From assembly GCA_903819595.1 (NCBI GenBank), contig CAIJED010000340.1:1-55540 (forward strand): a stretch of 55,540 nucleotides of DNA, read 5' to 3'. The position numbers and the translations under genes were made by a program. Positions 1 to 9,110 of the stretch are shown piece after piece. The notes beneath the pieces are model-generated. The model was not told the DNA's origin, ran no database searches, and saw nothing but the letters and a program-made list of their open reading frames with translations. This DNA is from an uncultured Methanomicrobiales archaeon (GTDB lineage Archaea; Halobacteriota; Methanomicrobia; Methanomicrobiales; Methanospirillaceae). Position 1 is the first letter of the stretch; every line of letters begins with the position of its first letter.

Positions 1-340
1 TCAGGCGTGTATAGTGGCCTTTGATGATGAAGTCATGGGCACCGGCTTTCATTACAGAGATGGCCGTTTCCTCTCCCATTACCCCAGATACAACAATAAA
101 CGGGATCTTGATTTTCATCTCCTTCACGAGTTTTAATGCAGGCAATGCTCCAAAGTTGGGGATTGAATAGTCACAAAGAATGACATCCCATGTCTTATGT
201 TCCAGTGCAGCACGCATCTGGTGCTCAGTATCCACCAGTTCATAACGAACTTTCAGTCCTGTTTGGGTCATTTCATACACAAGCAGGTGCGCATCATCTG
301 GCGAATCTTCAACAATTAAAATATCAAGTTCACTACCCAT
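1..340 (-). CDS. Response-regulator receiver-domain protein (5' part; runs off left edge)
   Basis: Not in ORF track. Manual translation from ATG at 340: MGSELDILIVEDSPDDAHLL...WDVILCDYSIPNFGAL...PFIVVSGVMGEETAISVMKAGAHDFIIK, with REC acidic pair, phospho-Asp, Ser and Lys motifs. Confidence 0.9.
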   Translation of the reverse strand, partial: MGSELDILIVEDSPDDAHLLVYEMTQTGLKVRYELVDTEHQMRAALEHKTWDVILCDYSIPNFGALPALKLVKEMKIKIPFIVVSGVMGEETAISVMKAGAHDFIIKGHYTRL

Positions 341-429
341 TTTCACACCTAATGTATCTCATAAATGTGAGATATTACAAAATACAGTTCAATAAAGCTT
401 TGTTCTTTCTCCTTTGTTCAGATGAACCG

Positions 430-1391
430 GTCCAACGGTAATCCCGGGTCAATCATCACATTATCATGTCACAAGAGAAAGACAGGGACCTTCATTCAAG
501 GTATGCATTACCTGGGGCCTTCCGAAAAACGGTATGAGACTGCGTTTGTCAGTCAACTTTCACGTGACCGTGAACGGCACATTGCCTTTATAAAAAAAAA
601 GGATCTTCCAAGAAATATCCGGTAAATCTTCATAGGAATGACTGGATTGTTATCAATACACTGAAAACGACTGTTCACGTAAAAGAGGCGAATGGGGCGA
701 TCAGTCGTTTTCAGGTATGATTCATGATGTTACGAAACGAAAAAAAATTTAGAGGATGCCCTAATCATGCAAACTGGCAACCTAACCCCCTCCATCGCGT
801 CATCCGCCATGATATCAATAACCAGCTCACTCCATTAACAGGATATCTCGAAATACTCGAAGGTAGCCAACTCGATCCCCCACTGAATAAGTATATTCTC
901 AAGGCCACCACCACTGCATAGCGGATCTCTTCCATCATCCGGTTTACCAAAGAATACCAGAATATAGGTATCAATGCCCGTGTATGGCAGGACTGCCGCA
1001 CACTCGTAGATACTGCAGCAACAGAATCCCCTAGGAAAGGTCATGATTAATATCGATCTCCCTGCCGGTAAGGAAGTGTTTGCTGACCTGCTGATTTTCA
1101 AGGTCTGCGACAACCTTATGGACAATGCGGTACGGCGGAAAAATCACATCCATATGGTTTTATATTAAAAACCGTAATGGGGATCATGTCGCACCATGTG
1201 AGGACAACGGGAACGGTATCTTCGTAGAAGGAAAGGGGAAGTCCTTCGAACGTGGGTTCGGGTGGAATACCGGTCTTGCGTTGGCTATTTCCCGTGAGAT
1301 TCTCTCTATTACCGATAAAAGGATCAACGAAACCGGGGAATTTGGGAAAGGGGCAAGGTTTGAGATAGGCGTGCCGAACGGTGGATGGTGA
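430..1391 (+). pseudogene. Degraded PAS/PAC histidine kinase
   Basis: PAC relic (YPVNLHRND...FQ/MIHDVTKRK, ~600-745), H-box RHDINNQL, in-frame TAG at 919-921 followed by RISSIIRFTKEYQ, frameshift near 1030, HATPase end GFGWNTGL...GARFEIGVPNGGW. 5' limit approximate. Confidence 0.85.
1347..1388 (+). repeat. 42-bp direct repeat copy 1 (kinase 3' tail KGARFEIGVPNGGW)
   Basis: 40/42 identical to 3132-3173. Confidence 0.85.
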
Positions 1392-1460
1392 TTCAAACCT
1401 TTGTGAAATGGTCGGGACTTTACATGCTGAAAATGAGAGTGGATGATATATAGGTGCATT

Positions 1461-3218
1461 ATGGATATCTCTAGGAAGACACTGCTAGTACTCAGTATCA
1501 CTTTTTTTGCACTTTTCTGTATAATCGCGGGGGTCTCGATGTTTCTGTATACTGATCAACTGGGGAGTCTTGAACAGCAGCAGGTAACAACAGATGTGAA
1601 AGAGGTAATTGGTGCCCTATCAAACGAGCAGGATGATCTTAGTAGTACGCTTCATGACTGGTCATACTGGGACGAAACGTATCAGTTCGCTCTTGATCAG
1701 AACCAGGATTATATTACACAAAATCTGGACGGAAAATCACTATCTGCAATCCGCGTTAATCTGTTTGTTGTGACTGATACCCAGGGAAACATTCTCTATG
1801 GGACCATAGTGGATCCGGTTACCGGTAGTGTAACTCCGATTCCTGACGATTTTAATCAGTTCCTCCCTCCAGACCACCCCTTCCTTAATCATACATCTCT
1901 ATCAGGGACGAATACCGGTATTCTCATTCTGCCAATGGGACCTATGATGGTCGCATCATCACCGGTGCTTAACAATAGGGGGGAAGGTCCCTCGTCTGGT
2001 GTCCTTGTTATGGGAAGGTCTTTAAATACTAGTGCATTTGCCCGTATCTCCCGAACTACGGGAAACCCTATATCCGCTCACTGGAACGGAGATATTAGTG
2101 CAGATGACCTTCAGGTATCACTCCTCAAACAAATGAACCCAAGTTCCACTGTAATCAGTATCCCCCGTAATGATACTATCATATCGGGATACACAGTGAT
2201 TAGCGATGTGAACGGCAAGAAAATTCTAATTGTTACTGACCTGCCACGGGATATCTACCAGAATGGTGCCGAGCTCATCCGAACGTATCTGGTACTCTTC
2301 GCTTTTGTAATACTCGTCACACTGTTTATTGTTCTGTTTACTATCGATAAGATCGTACTTAAACGGTTGAATTACCTGACAAATCGCGTCAGGAAGATAG
2401 GACAGGGTCATAATGATGATATGAGACCGGGACTAACCGGGAGCGATGAAATTTCTCTCCTTGAACAGGCAATCCTGACTGCACATACAGAACTAAAGAA
2501 GAGTGAGCAGGAATTAATGAAATTTTCAACGTCGCTCGCAATTGCGAACAAGAAACTCAACATCCTCTCCCAGCTGACTCGAAAAGACTTAACCAACCAG
2601 ATCTTTATCCTGAACAGTTATCTCGAACTGGTGAAAATTCAACTCACCGGACAGGACGAGATCATAGACACCCTGGAAAAAAGTGCTACAGCAGCCCGGT
2701 CAATTCGAGAGACCATCGAATATTCGAAAGATTACCAGGACATGGGCAGAAAACCCCCAGTATGGCAGAATGTTCAGACCGCGATGTTGCTCGGGCTCTC
2801 TCATCTGTCCATGGAAAACATCCGCCACAGCATTGAAACCCAAAACCTTGAAATCTATGCCGATCCCCAGTTGGAAAAGGTATGTCAGCGTCTTTTTGAG
2901 AATTCCATGATGCACGGGGACCATGTTACCTGTATCCGGGTCTGGTGCATGGCAACTCTGGATCGGGTCACTATTCTTTTTGAAGATGATGGCAGAGGCA
3001 TCCCGCAGGAGAAAAAGGAACAGATCTTTTTACGCGACGAGGGACCCCGTGCATCGATAGGGAATCTCATTTTTGTGAGGGAAATTCTTGATATCACCGG
3101 CATTACCATCAGGGAGACAGGCGATCCTACCAAAGGGGCGAGGTTTGAGATAGGGGTGCCGAACGGTGGATGGCGGAGGAATCCAGGTTCAGATCAGGGT
3201 CAGGGTGGAAACGAATGA
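1461..3218 (+). CDS. CHASE4/HAMP membrane sensor histidine-kinase-like protein (H-box His replaced by Lys)
   Basis: TM-CHASE4 (DWSYWDETYQF)-TM-HAMP (GSDEISLL)-HisKA-like-HATPase (EDDGRGIP, GARFEI). Start could be 1443. Confidence 0.88.
   Translation: MDISRKTLLVLSITFFALFCIIAGVSMFLYTDQLGSLEQQQVTTDVKEVIGALSNEQDDLSSTLHDWSYWDETYQFALDQNQDYITQNLDGKSLSAIRVNLFVVTDTQGNILYGTIVDPVTGSVTPIPDDFNQFLPPDHPFLNHTSLSGTNTGILILPMGPMMVASSPVLNNRGEGPSSGVLVMGRSLNTSAFARISRTTGNPISAHWNGDISADDLQVSLLKQMNPSSTVISIPRNDTIISGYTVISDVNGKKILIVTDLPRDIYQNGAELIRTYLVLFAFVILVTLFIVLFTIDKIVLKRLNYLTNRVRKIGQGHNDDMRPGLTGSDEISLLEQAILTAHTELKKSEQELMKFSTSLAIANKKLNILSQLTRKDLTNQIFILNSYLELVKIQLTGQDEIIDTLEKSATAARSIRETIEYSKDYQDMGRKPPVWQNVQTAMLLGLSHLSMENIRHSIETQNLEIYADPQLEKVCQRLFENSMMHGDHVTCIRVWCMATLDRVTILFEDDGRGIPQEKKEQIFLRDEGPRASIGNLIFVREILDITGITIRETGDPTKGARFEIGVPNGGWRRNPGSDQGQGGNE
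3132..3173 (+). repeat. 42-bp direct repeat copy 2 (kinase 3' tail)
   Basis: 40/42 identical to 1347-1388. Confidence 0.85.
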
Positions 3219-3939
3219 AACCGGTGATTGACTCACCTCTCTTCATAAACTTCAACCTTGTAGTGACAGGGATGATCTGCGTTCAGCCGGTACCCGGGTA
3301 TGGGTAAGTGGGAACCCCAGCAAAGAATCAGGCATGGGAGCAAGTACTGAGTATCCCGCACGGGTGGGGAAGATCCATTATGGGGGTAAAAGATGGATCG
3401 GCTTTTTGTTCAACGCGAAATAGGATTTCATCATCGCTTTTCCTAAACAGGCAATAATACTGGTAAAATGGAACGGTTCTGCATATCGGAGACCATTTTT
3501 TTAATGATCTAAAGTTCATCACGTCGTATAGTAATAAGAATTCAGACAACTAATCAACGCTCTTGATGATGGCTGCATTATCCATTTAAGTCCACAAGGT
3601 TGACGATGAGTAAAACCTTACCAGAGGATGAGAGGTCTACGGGGTATTGAGATCTTCCAATTAGAGAAGTCAATCAGGTCCGGCTCATAATTCCGCTCCT
3701 CAATAAAATACCGGTTTGCCAAAGTCTCAAATTTCACTGTATCTTCATCGGTAATTCTTTTTGCTTTCCATGCCAACCCATAAATGAATGGTAGGAAGGC
3801 AAGCACACCAGACTGATAGCTCGATCTTATTGAGGACCCGGAATACTGGTTCGAGAACTGTTCTATCCGTGGCATGCGTGTTGAATGACTTACCCTCTAA
3901 TAAGATTTATCCAATTTCTACCACATGGATGTGCCTTTA

Positions 3940-6687
3940 ATGCTCGAAGAAGAATACCAGCTCGATTATTTTAAACAGAATGGGCTTGTCAGGAAGGTCT
4001 GTACGAAGTGCGGTTCTGCGTTCTGGACACGTGACCCTTCCTGCGGGACCTGTGGCGACGCTCCCTGCGAACCGTACAGTTTTATTGGAAATCCGGTGTT
4101 CCGGCGGCATTCCATGGACGAGATGAGGGAGGCGTACCTCTCGTTCTTCGAAAGAAACGGGCATAAACGGATTGAACGGTACCCGGTGGTGGCACGGTGG
4201 AGGGATGATATCTACCTCACCATCGCCTCAATTGCTGATTTCCAGCCGTATGTTACATCGGGGATCGTCCCCCCGCCGGCCAACCCGCTCACGATTTCAC
4301 AGCCTTGTATCAGGTTAAACGACCTGGATTCAGTCGGCCGGTCGGGCAGGCACTTAACCCAGTTCGAGATGATGGCACACCACGCATTCAACAGCCAGGA
4401 GACGGAGATATACTGGAAAGACCGCACGGTCGAACTCTGTGACGAATTCATCAAATCCATTGGGGGAGACCTGAACAAGGTCACGTACAAGGAACACCCG
4501 TGGATTGGCGGGGGAAATGCGGGACCGAGTGTCGAGGTGCTGATCGGTGGCCTCGAAGTCGGAACCCTGGTATTCATGAACCTCGGGCGACACAAGACGG
4601 ACGCCCCCGGGATCGACCTGAACGGGGAGATGTATTACCCGATGAAGAACCGGATCGTCGATACCGGGTACGGGCTTGAGCGGTTTGTCTGGGCGTCCCG
4701 CGGTTCCCCGACTATCTACGACGCCGTATTCCCGGAAATGGTCTCACAGGTGATGGAAGCGGCAGGAATGGAACACCTGCTCAACGATTCAGAATATACC
4801 AAAATCCTCTCCCTCAATGCAAAGTATGCCGGCCTGCTCGGTGATATATCGGGTGCAAACTTATTCCAGCTCCGGAACAAGGTCGCCTCTGCCATTAATG
4901 TCCCCCCCGACAAGCTCGACCGCATGATCTCGCCGATTGAGAAGGTCTATGCAATTGTGGACCATACCCGCTGTCTCGCCTACATGCTCGGCGACTGTAT
5001 CGTCCCGTCCAATGTCCGGGAAGGGTACCTCGCACGGCTTGTGATCAGGAGGACGCTGCGGATGATGCACGACCTGAACATCCGGGATGGGCTGGCCGAC
5101 CTCGTAGAAGAACAGATCAAAATTATCGGCCCCCGGCAGTTTGAACAGGATATTCTGGTGACCCGGGAGATCATCGACCGTGAAGTGGAGAAATATTCCC
5201 ATACCCTCGAACGCGGTTCAAAGATTGTCCAGAGAGTGGCCCGTACGTACAAGGCCAAGTCAGAACGGGTACCCCTGAAGGAGGTCATCACGCTCTATGA
5301 TTCCCATGGGATTCCGCCGGACATGATCAAGGAGATTGCGCAGAAGGAAGGTGCCGTCGTTGATATGCCAGACAACTTCTACTCCCATATTGCGGACATG
5401 CACTCAGAATCCGAGGTCGAAGAAGTAAAAGACCCGTTCGCAAAGTACCAGTCCCGTATCAGGGGTCTGCCTGCCACCAGGAAGCTCTACTACGATCAGC
5501 CGTGCAATACCGAGTTCGAAGCAGTTGTGATCGATTTCTTTGACGGGTTTGTTGTGATGGACCAGACCCTCTTCTACCCGGAAGGAGGTGGCCAGCCTGC
5601 CGACAGCGGGATGCTCATTGCCCAGGAGAACATGGCCCGGGTGAACGGGGTCGTCAAGATCGGCGATGTGGTCCTCCATAAACTGGAGGGAGGCATTCTC
5701 AGGCGGGGAGACCATGTAAAAGGGATTGTCGACGAAGATCGACGCTGGTCATTAATGCGCCACCATACCGCCACCCACCTGCTGCTCCGGGCGTCGAAAG
5801 ATGTCCTCGGCGCCCATATTCACCAGGCAGGTGCACAAAAGGGGGTTGAGAGTTCGAGGATCGACATCCGTCATTTCAGGCATATCACGATTGACGAACT
5901 GCATAAAATAGAGATGGCGGCCAACCGGATGGTCCTTGCCGATACCTGTGTCGATATCCGGTTCGAGGACCGTGTCAGGGCCGAGCAGTCCTATGGTTTT
6001 TCCCTCTACCAGGGCGGCGTACCACCGGGCAGGGAGCTCCGGATTGTGTCCGTTGCCGGTGATGTCGAGGCCTGCGCCGGGACCCACTGTATGAGCACAG
6101 GGCAGATCGGTATGATCAAGATCATGCGGGTCGAGCATATCCAGGACGGGATCGAACGCCTGGAATTCTCAGCCGGGCTTGCGGCCCTTGCCTGGGTAGA
6201 CCACCTCGAAGAGTTGGTGAACAGTTCAGCGGGTGTCTTTTCAGTTCAGCAGGAGAACCTGCCTGCGACATCGCAACGGTTCTTTGGTGAGTGGAAAGAT
6301 CTGCGAAAGGAAAATGAAAAACTCATCCAGAGACTTGTTGAACTTGAGACTGCACAAATCCAGCCGGAAATCATTAACGGGGTGCAGGTCGTTGTCAGGC
6401 GCCTCGATCTCCCGGCAAAGGATCTGCTGGCCATCGCCACATCGGTATCAGCGAAGGGGGGCGTTGCCTTCTTCCTCTCAAAAACCGGCGACCGAATCGA
6501 TGCGGTCATATCTTCGGGGACCGCAGCAGTGAATGCCGGCGAGATCATCGGACAGGTCACCGGGCTCCTCGGTGGGAAAGGCGGAGGGTCACCTGCCCTT
6601 GGACGAGGCGGCGGACCTGCCATCGGGCAGATGGAACTTGCCCTGAAGGTCGGCCGTGAGAGGGTGACGGCCGCACTTAAAAGTTGA
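3940..6687 (+). CDS. alaS: Alanine--tRNA ligase (archaeal type)
   Basis: N-terminal CxxC/CGDAPC, ASIADFQP, DTGYGLER, editing HHTATH and CAGTH, C-terminal GGKGGG. Start 3925 or 3940. Confidence 0.98.
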   Translation: MLEEEYQLDYFKQNGLVRKVCTKCGSAFWTRDPSCGTCGDAPCEPYSFIGNPVFRRHSMDEMREAYLSFFERNGHKRIERYPVVARWRDDIYLTIASIADFQPYVTSGIVPPPANPLTISQPCIRLNDLDSVGRSGRHLTQFEMMAHHAFNSQETEIYWKDRTVELCDEFIKSIGGDLNKVTYKEHPWIGGGNAGPSVEVLIGGLEVGTLVFMNLGRHKTDAPGIDLNGEMYYPMKNRIVDTGYGLERFVWASRGSPTIYDAVFPEMVSQVMEAAGMEHLLNDSEYTKILSLNAKYAGLLGDISGANLFQLRNKVASAINVPPDKLDRMISPIEKVYAIVDHTRCLAYMLGDCIVPSNVREGYLARLVIRRTLRMMHDLNIRDGLADLVEEQIKIIGPRQFEQDILVTREIIDREVEKYSHTLERGSKIVQRVARTYKAKSERVPLKEVITLYDSHGIPPDMIKEIAQKEGAVVDMPDNFYSHIADMHSESEVEEVKDPFAKYQSRIRGLPATRKLYYDQPCNTEFEAVVIDFFDGFVVMDQTLFYPEGGGQPADSGMLIAQENMARVNGVVKIGDVVLHKLEGGILRRGDHVKGIVDEDRRWSLMRHHTATHLLLRASKDVLGAHIHQAGAQKGVESSRIDIRHFRHITIDELHKIEMAANRMVLADTCVDIRFEDRVRAEQSYGFSLYQGGVPPGRELRIVSVAGDVEACAGTHCMSTGQIGMIKIMRVEHIQDGIERLEFSAGLAALAWVDHLEELVNSSAGVFSVQQENLPATSQRFFGEWKDLRKENEKLIQRLVELETAQIQPEIINGVQVVVRRLDLPAKDLLAIATSVSAKGGVAFFLSKTGDRIDAVISSGTAAVNAGEIIGQVTGLLGGKGGGSPALGRGGGPAIGQMELALKVGRERVTAALKS

Positions 6688-6693
6688 ATCTGC

Positions 6694-7500
6694 ATGATGC
6701 CGGACAACACGATACCTGCAGAAAATGGTCCCGGTGAGACCGGAACGGAACCGCTTCCGAACGTTCGGGGGGTGATCATCCTCGAACCTGGTGGTGAGCA
6801 GGCACAGAAGATCGCGAAGGCGATGGGAAGCCAGACCGCAGGTGATATACTCCAGCTCCTCAAGAGCGGGCCGAAGACATCTACCGAGGTGACCGACCAG
6901 CTCGCAATTCCCATGGGCACGGCGAAGTACCATATCGAAAACCTCCTCGATGCCGGCCTGATAGAGGTTACAAGGACAAAATACAGCGTGAAAGGGAGGG
7001 AGGTCAAGGTGTACGGCCTCAGGGACCAGCTGCTGATCGTTACGCCAGCGGTGGCAAATGTACGGGCACTCCTCCTGAAGTACGCGTCCCTCTTTGGAGT
7101 GGTGGCGGTCGCCACGGTGGTGATCGGTGCAGTCCTGCAGGTACTCTCACTGTCAGGGAGCGCTCCATCATTGAACGCAGAGTTGAAAAAATCAGGGATT
7201 TCTGACCTGGTACCCACCGCTCTGTCAGCCCCGTTCCCGGCAGGGACTGCCGGACCGCATGATATGGGGCTTGTTGCAGAGAACGGGTCACGTGCATTGA
7301 ATATGAAGGAGATGGTCACCGGCATGGTCCCGTCCCCCACGTCTGATGCTGTCTATTCCCAGGTACAGGTGCAGGTAAATGCACCGGCATCATTCCCTCT
7401 CCAGGAAGTCCTTATCGCTTTTTTTCTCGGCGGATGCCTGGTCATTGCGGTGCTCGTCCTCTATGATCTGGCCAGGCGGCGAAAACGCAGGCTAACCTGA
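6694..7500 (+). CDS. ArsR-like winged-helix transcription regulator with C-terminal TM helices
   Basis: wHTH (ILQLLKSGPKTSTEVTDQLAIPMGTAKYHIENLLDAGLI, YSVKGREVKVY) followed by two hydrophobic segments and a basic tail. Confidence 0.85.
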   Translation: MMPDNTIPAENGPGETGTEPLPNVRGVIILEPGGEQAQKIAKAMGSQTAGDILQLLKSGPKTSTEVTDQLAIPMGTAKYHIENLLDAGLIEVTRTKYSVKGREVKVYGLRDQLLIVTPAVANVRALLLKYASLFGVVAVATVVIGAVLQVLSLSGSAPSLNAELKKSGISDLVPTALSAPFPAGTAGPHDMGLVAENGSRALNMKEMVTGMVPSPTSDAVYSQVQVQVNAPASFPLQEVLIAFFLGGCLVIAVLVLYDLARRRKRRLT

Positions 7501-8076
7501 CGCATTTTCTATTTCCCCTGTTATTATTGCCCGGAAACGGTATCATCGGGTTCAGGCACGGGACACGGGGAATCCAATGCCGGTCCAGCCTCTAAAACAG
7601 CCATTTTCCCGCCTCGCTATTCCAGCAATACAGCAGGTATCATCACCTGAGCCACTCATTGCCTGACCCCGTCCGGCAGGTGCCCTGATTTTTGGTTGGT
7701 ACGCGTCGAATTCACCCCTGTTTCTAAAAATATTACGATTACGGCTACTTTTAGAAATAAGCCTGATTCAACCGTATTGCACTGGGATCCACGCCCATAA
7801 CGGGTCCTGAATAACGATACACGCCGGGGCCCGGAAGAGGCATGACCCTGTACCCGTTTTACGAGGCTGCCATGAATTTCCTATTTGTCGCAGCCTGAAA
7901 ATTCAGACCGATACGTATGCGACATTTGAACAATGTCATCCTGGTACGTGGCAAGTGGCGGTAAAGGGGCTTGCTAGGTCCGGCGCCTCAATGGTCCTGA
8001 TATGGAAAGATGTCGCCCATCCGGGTGAAAAAAAGGTATTCGGGAAATCTTGGTGACATTCTCATTTATTTACCCG

Positions 8077-8907
8077 TTATTTTTTCCGAAGTGCGAGATA
8101 CCCGGTTACACCCAGGCCTGCGATGATCCCGGCGACCGGTGCACCGGACTGGGTGGTGGTTGGGACCTGGGTCTTTGTCTGCACTGGCCGGGGGGTGGTC
8201 GGAGTCGGTGTGAATACAATGGTCCCTTCCGTCGTAACGACCGGGACCGGGGTCGCCATGACTGTCACGCCGAATGTCTGGCCCCCGATATACCCGGTAC
8301 TGTCTGAAAACCGCGCGTTATAGTTACCAGGCTCGCTGACCGGGATATTTTGTGAGAAGTACCCGTCTTCGCTCCCGCTCCGGGCTGCAGTTCCGATATA
8401 TGCCGGTCCGAATGCCTTCCCTAAAGGACCGATCACATCGAGTTTTACCCCTGAATTACCTGCCTTTGAAATATACCCTTCAATAAGGAGTGCATTAGGG
8501 ACAACCTGGTTGACCGGGCTGGTAATATGGAGCATATCCGAGCGGTCGATCAGCTCGACCACCCGGATCGTAATGGAATCCGAGCTGAGCTTCGACTGGT
8601 AATCACCACGGGGTACGGCTTCTACCTTGTACATGCCGCCTTTCAGGCCGGTTGTCTCGAAAACAACGTTAAAACTTTTATCATCCCCGACCGTCACCGG
8701 AATCGTGCTGATGGTGGATGAGGTCTGGCCGGAGCTCGAAAATGAAAGGTCAACCGTAGTGCCTGCCGTAAACGTGGTCTTGCCCATGACGGTGAGAGGT
8801 GCACCGATTGGGAGCTTCCCGGGACAGTCGATCGTCAGCATGTAAGCTGATGCGACTCCTACAAGCAGGAACATCGCGAGCAATACCATTATTGCAATCT
8901 TTTTCAT
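8077..8907 (-). CDS. Secreted/cell-surface protein with Thr/Pro linker and C-terminal membrane anchor
   Basis: Signal peptide MKKIAIMVLLAMFLLVGVASA, T/P-rich linker, hydrophobic helix then RKK. Confidence 0.85.
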   Translation of the reverse strand: MKKIAIMVLLAMFLLVGVASAYMLTIDCPGKLPIGAPLTVMGKTTFTAGTTVDLSFSSSGQTSSTISTIPVTVGDDKSFNVVFETTGLKGGMYKVEAVPRGDYQSKLSSDSITIRVVELIDRSDMLHITSPVNQVVPNALLIEGYISKAGNSGVKLDVIGPLGKAFGPAYIGTAARSGSEDGYFSQNIPVSEPGNYNARFSDSTGYIGGQTFGVTVMATPVPVVTTEGTIVFTPTPTTPRPVQTKTQVPTTTQSGAPVAGIIAGLGVTGYLALRKK

Positions 8908-9110
8908 GCTGATCAGGTGGCGGGTATAAGGGTAAATGGTTTCTGGAGACGCCAGATTTTTTGCACCCAGCGGTTTAGGGTTTTTTAAAACGATGAAAAA
9001 TTTTCAGGCTGCCTGCCGGGGACCGAGGGGAGCATCACGCCAAAATTCAGGCTGGCAACAGACCCAGGGCTCATCGTGATGCTGATTCCCGGCTGACCCG
9101 GAGTGCAGGG

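Noticed and set aside
1416..1440. CTTTACATGCTGAAAA resembling the alaS start CTTTAATGCTCGAAG as an att core analogous to dapL
   Set aside because: Match too short and gapped to distinguish from chance
6246..7340. 364-aa minus-strand ORF and other long antisense ORFs (14171-15049, 27671-28477, 38724-39530, 50675-51601, 54436-55218)
   Set aside because: Shadow ORFs opposite well-supported genes, with no recognisable motifs
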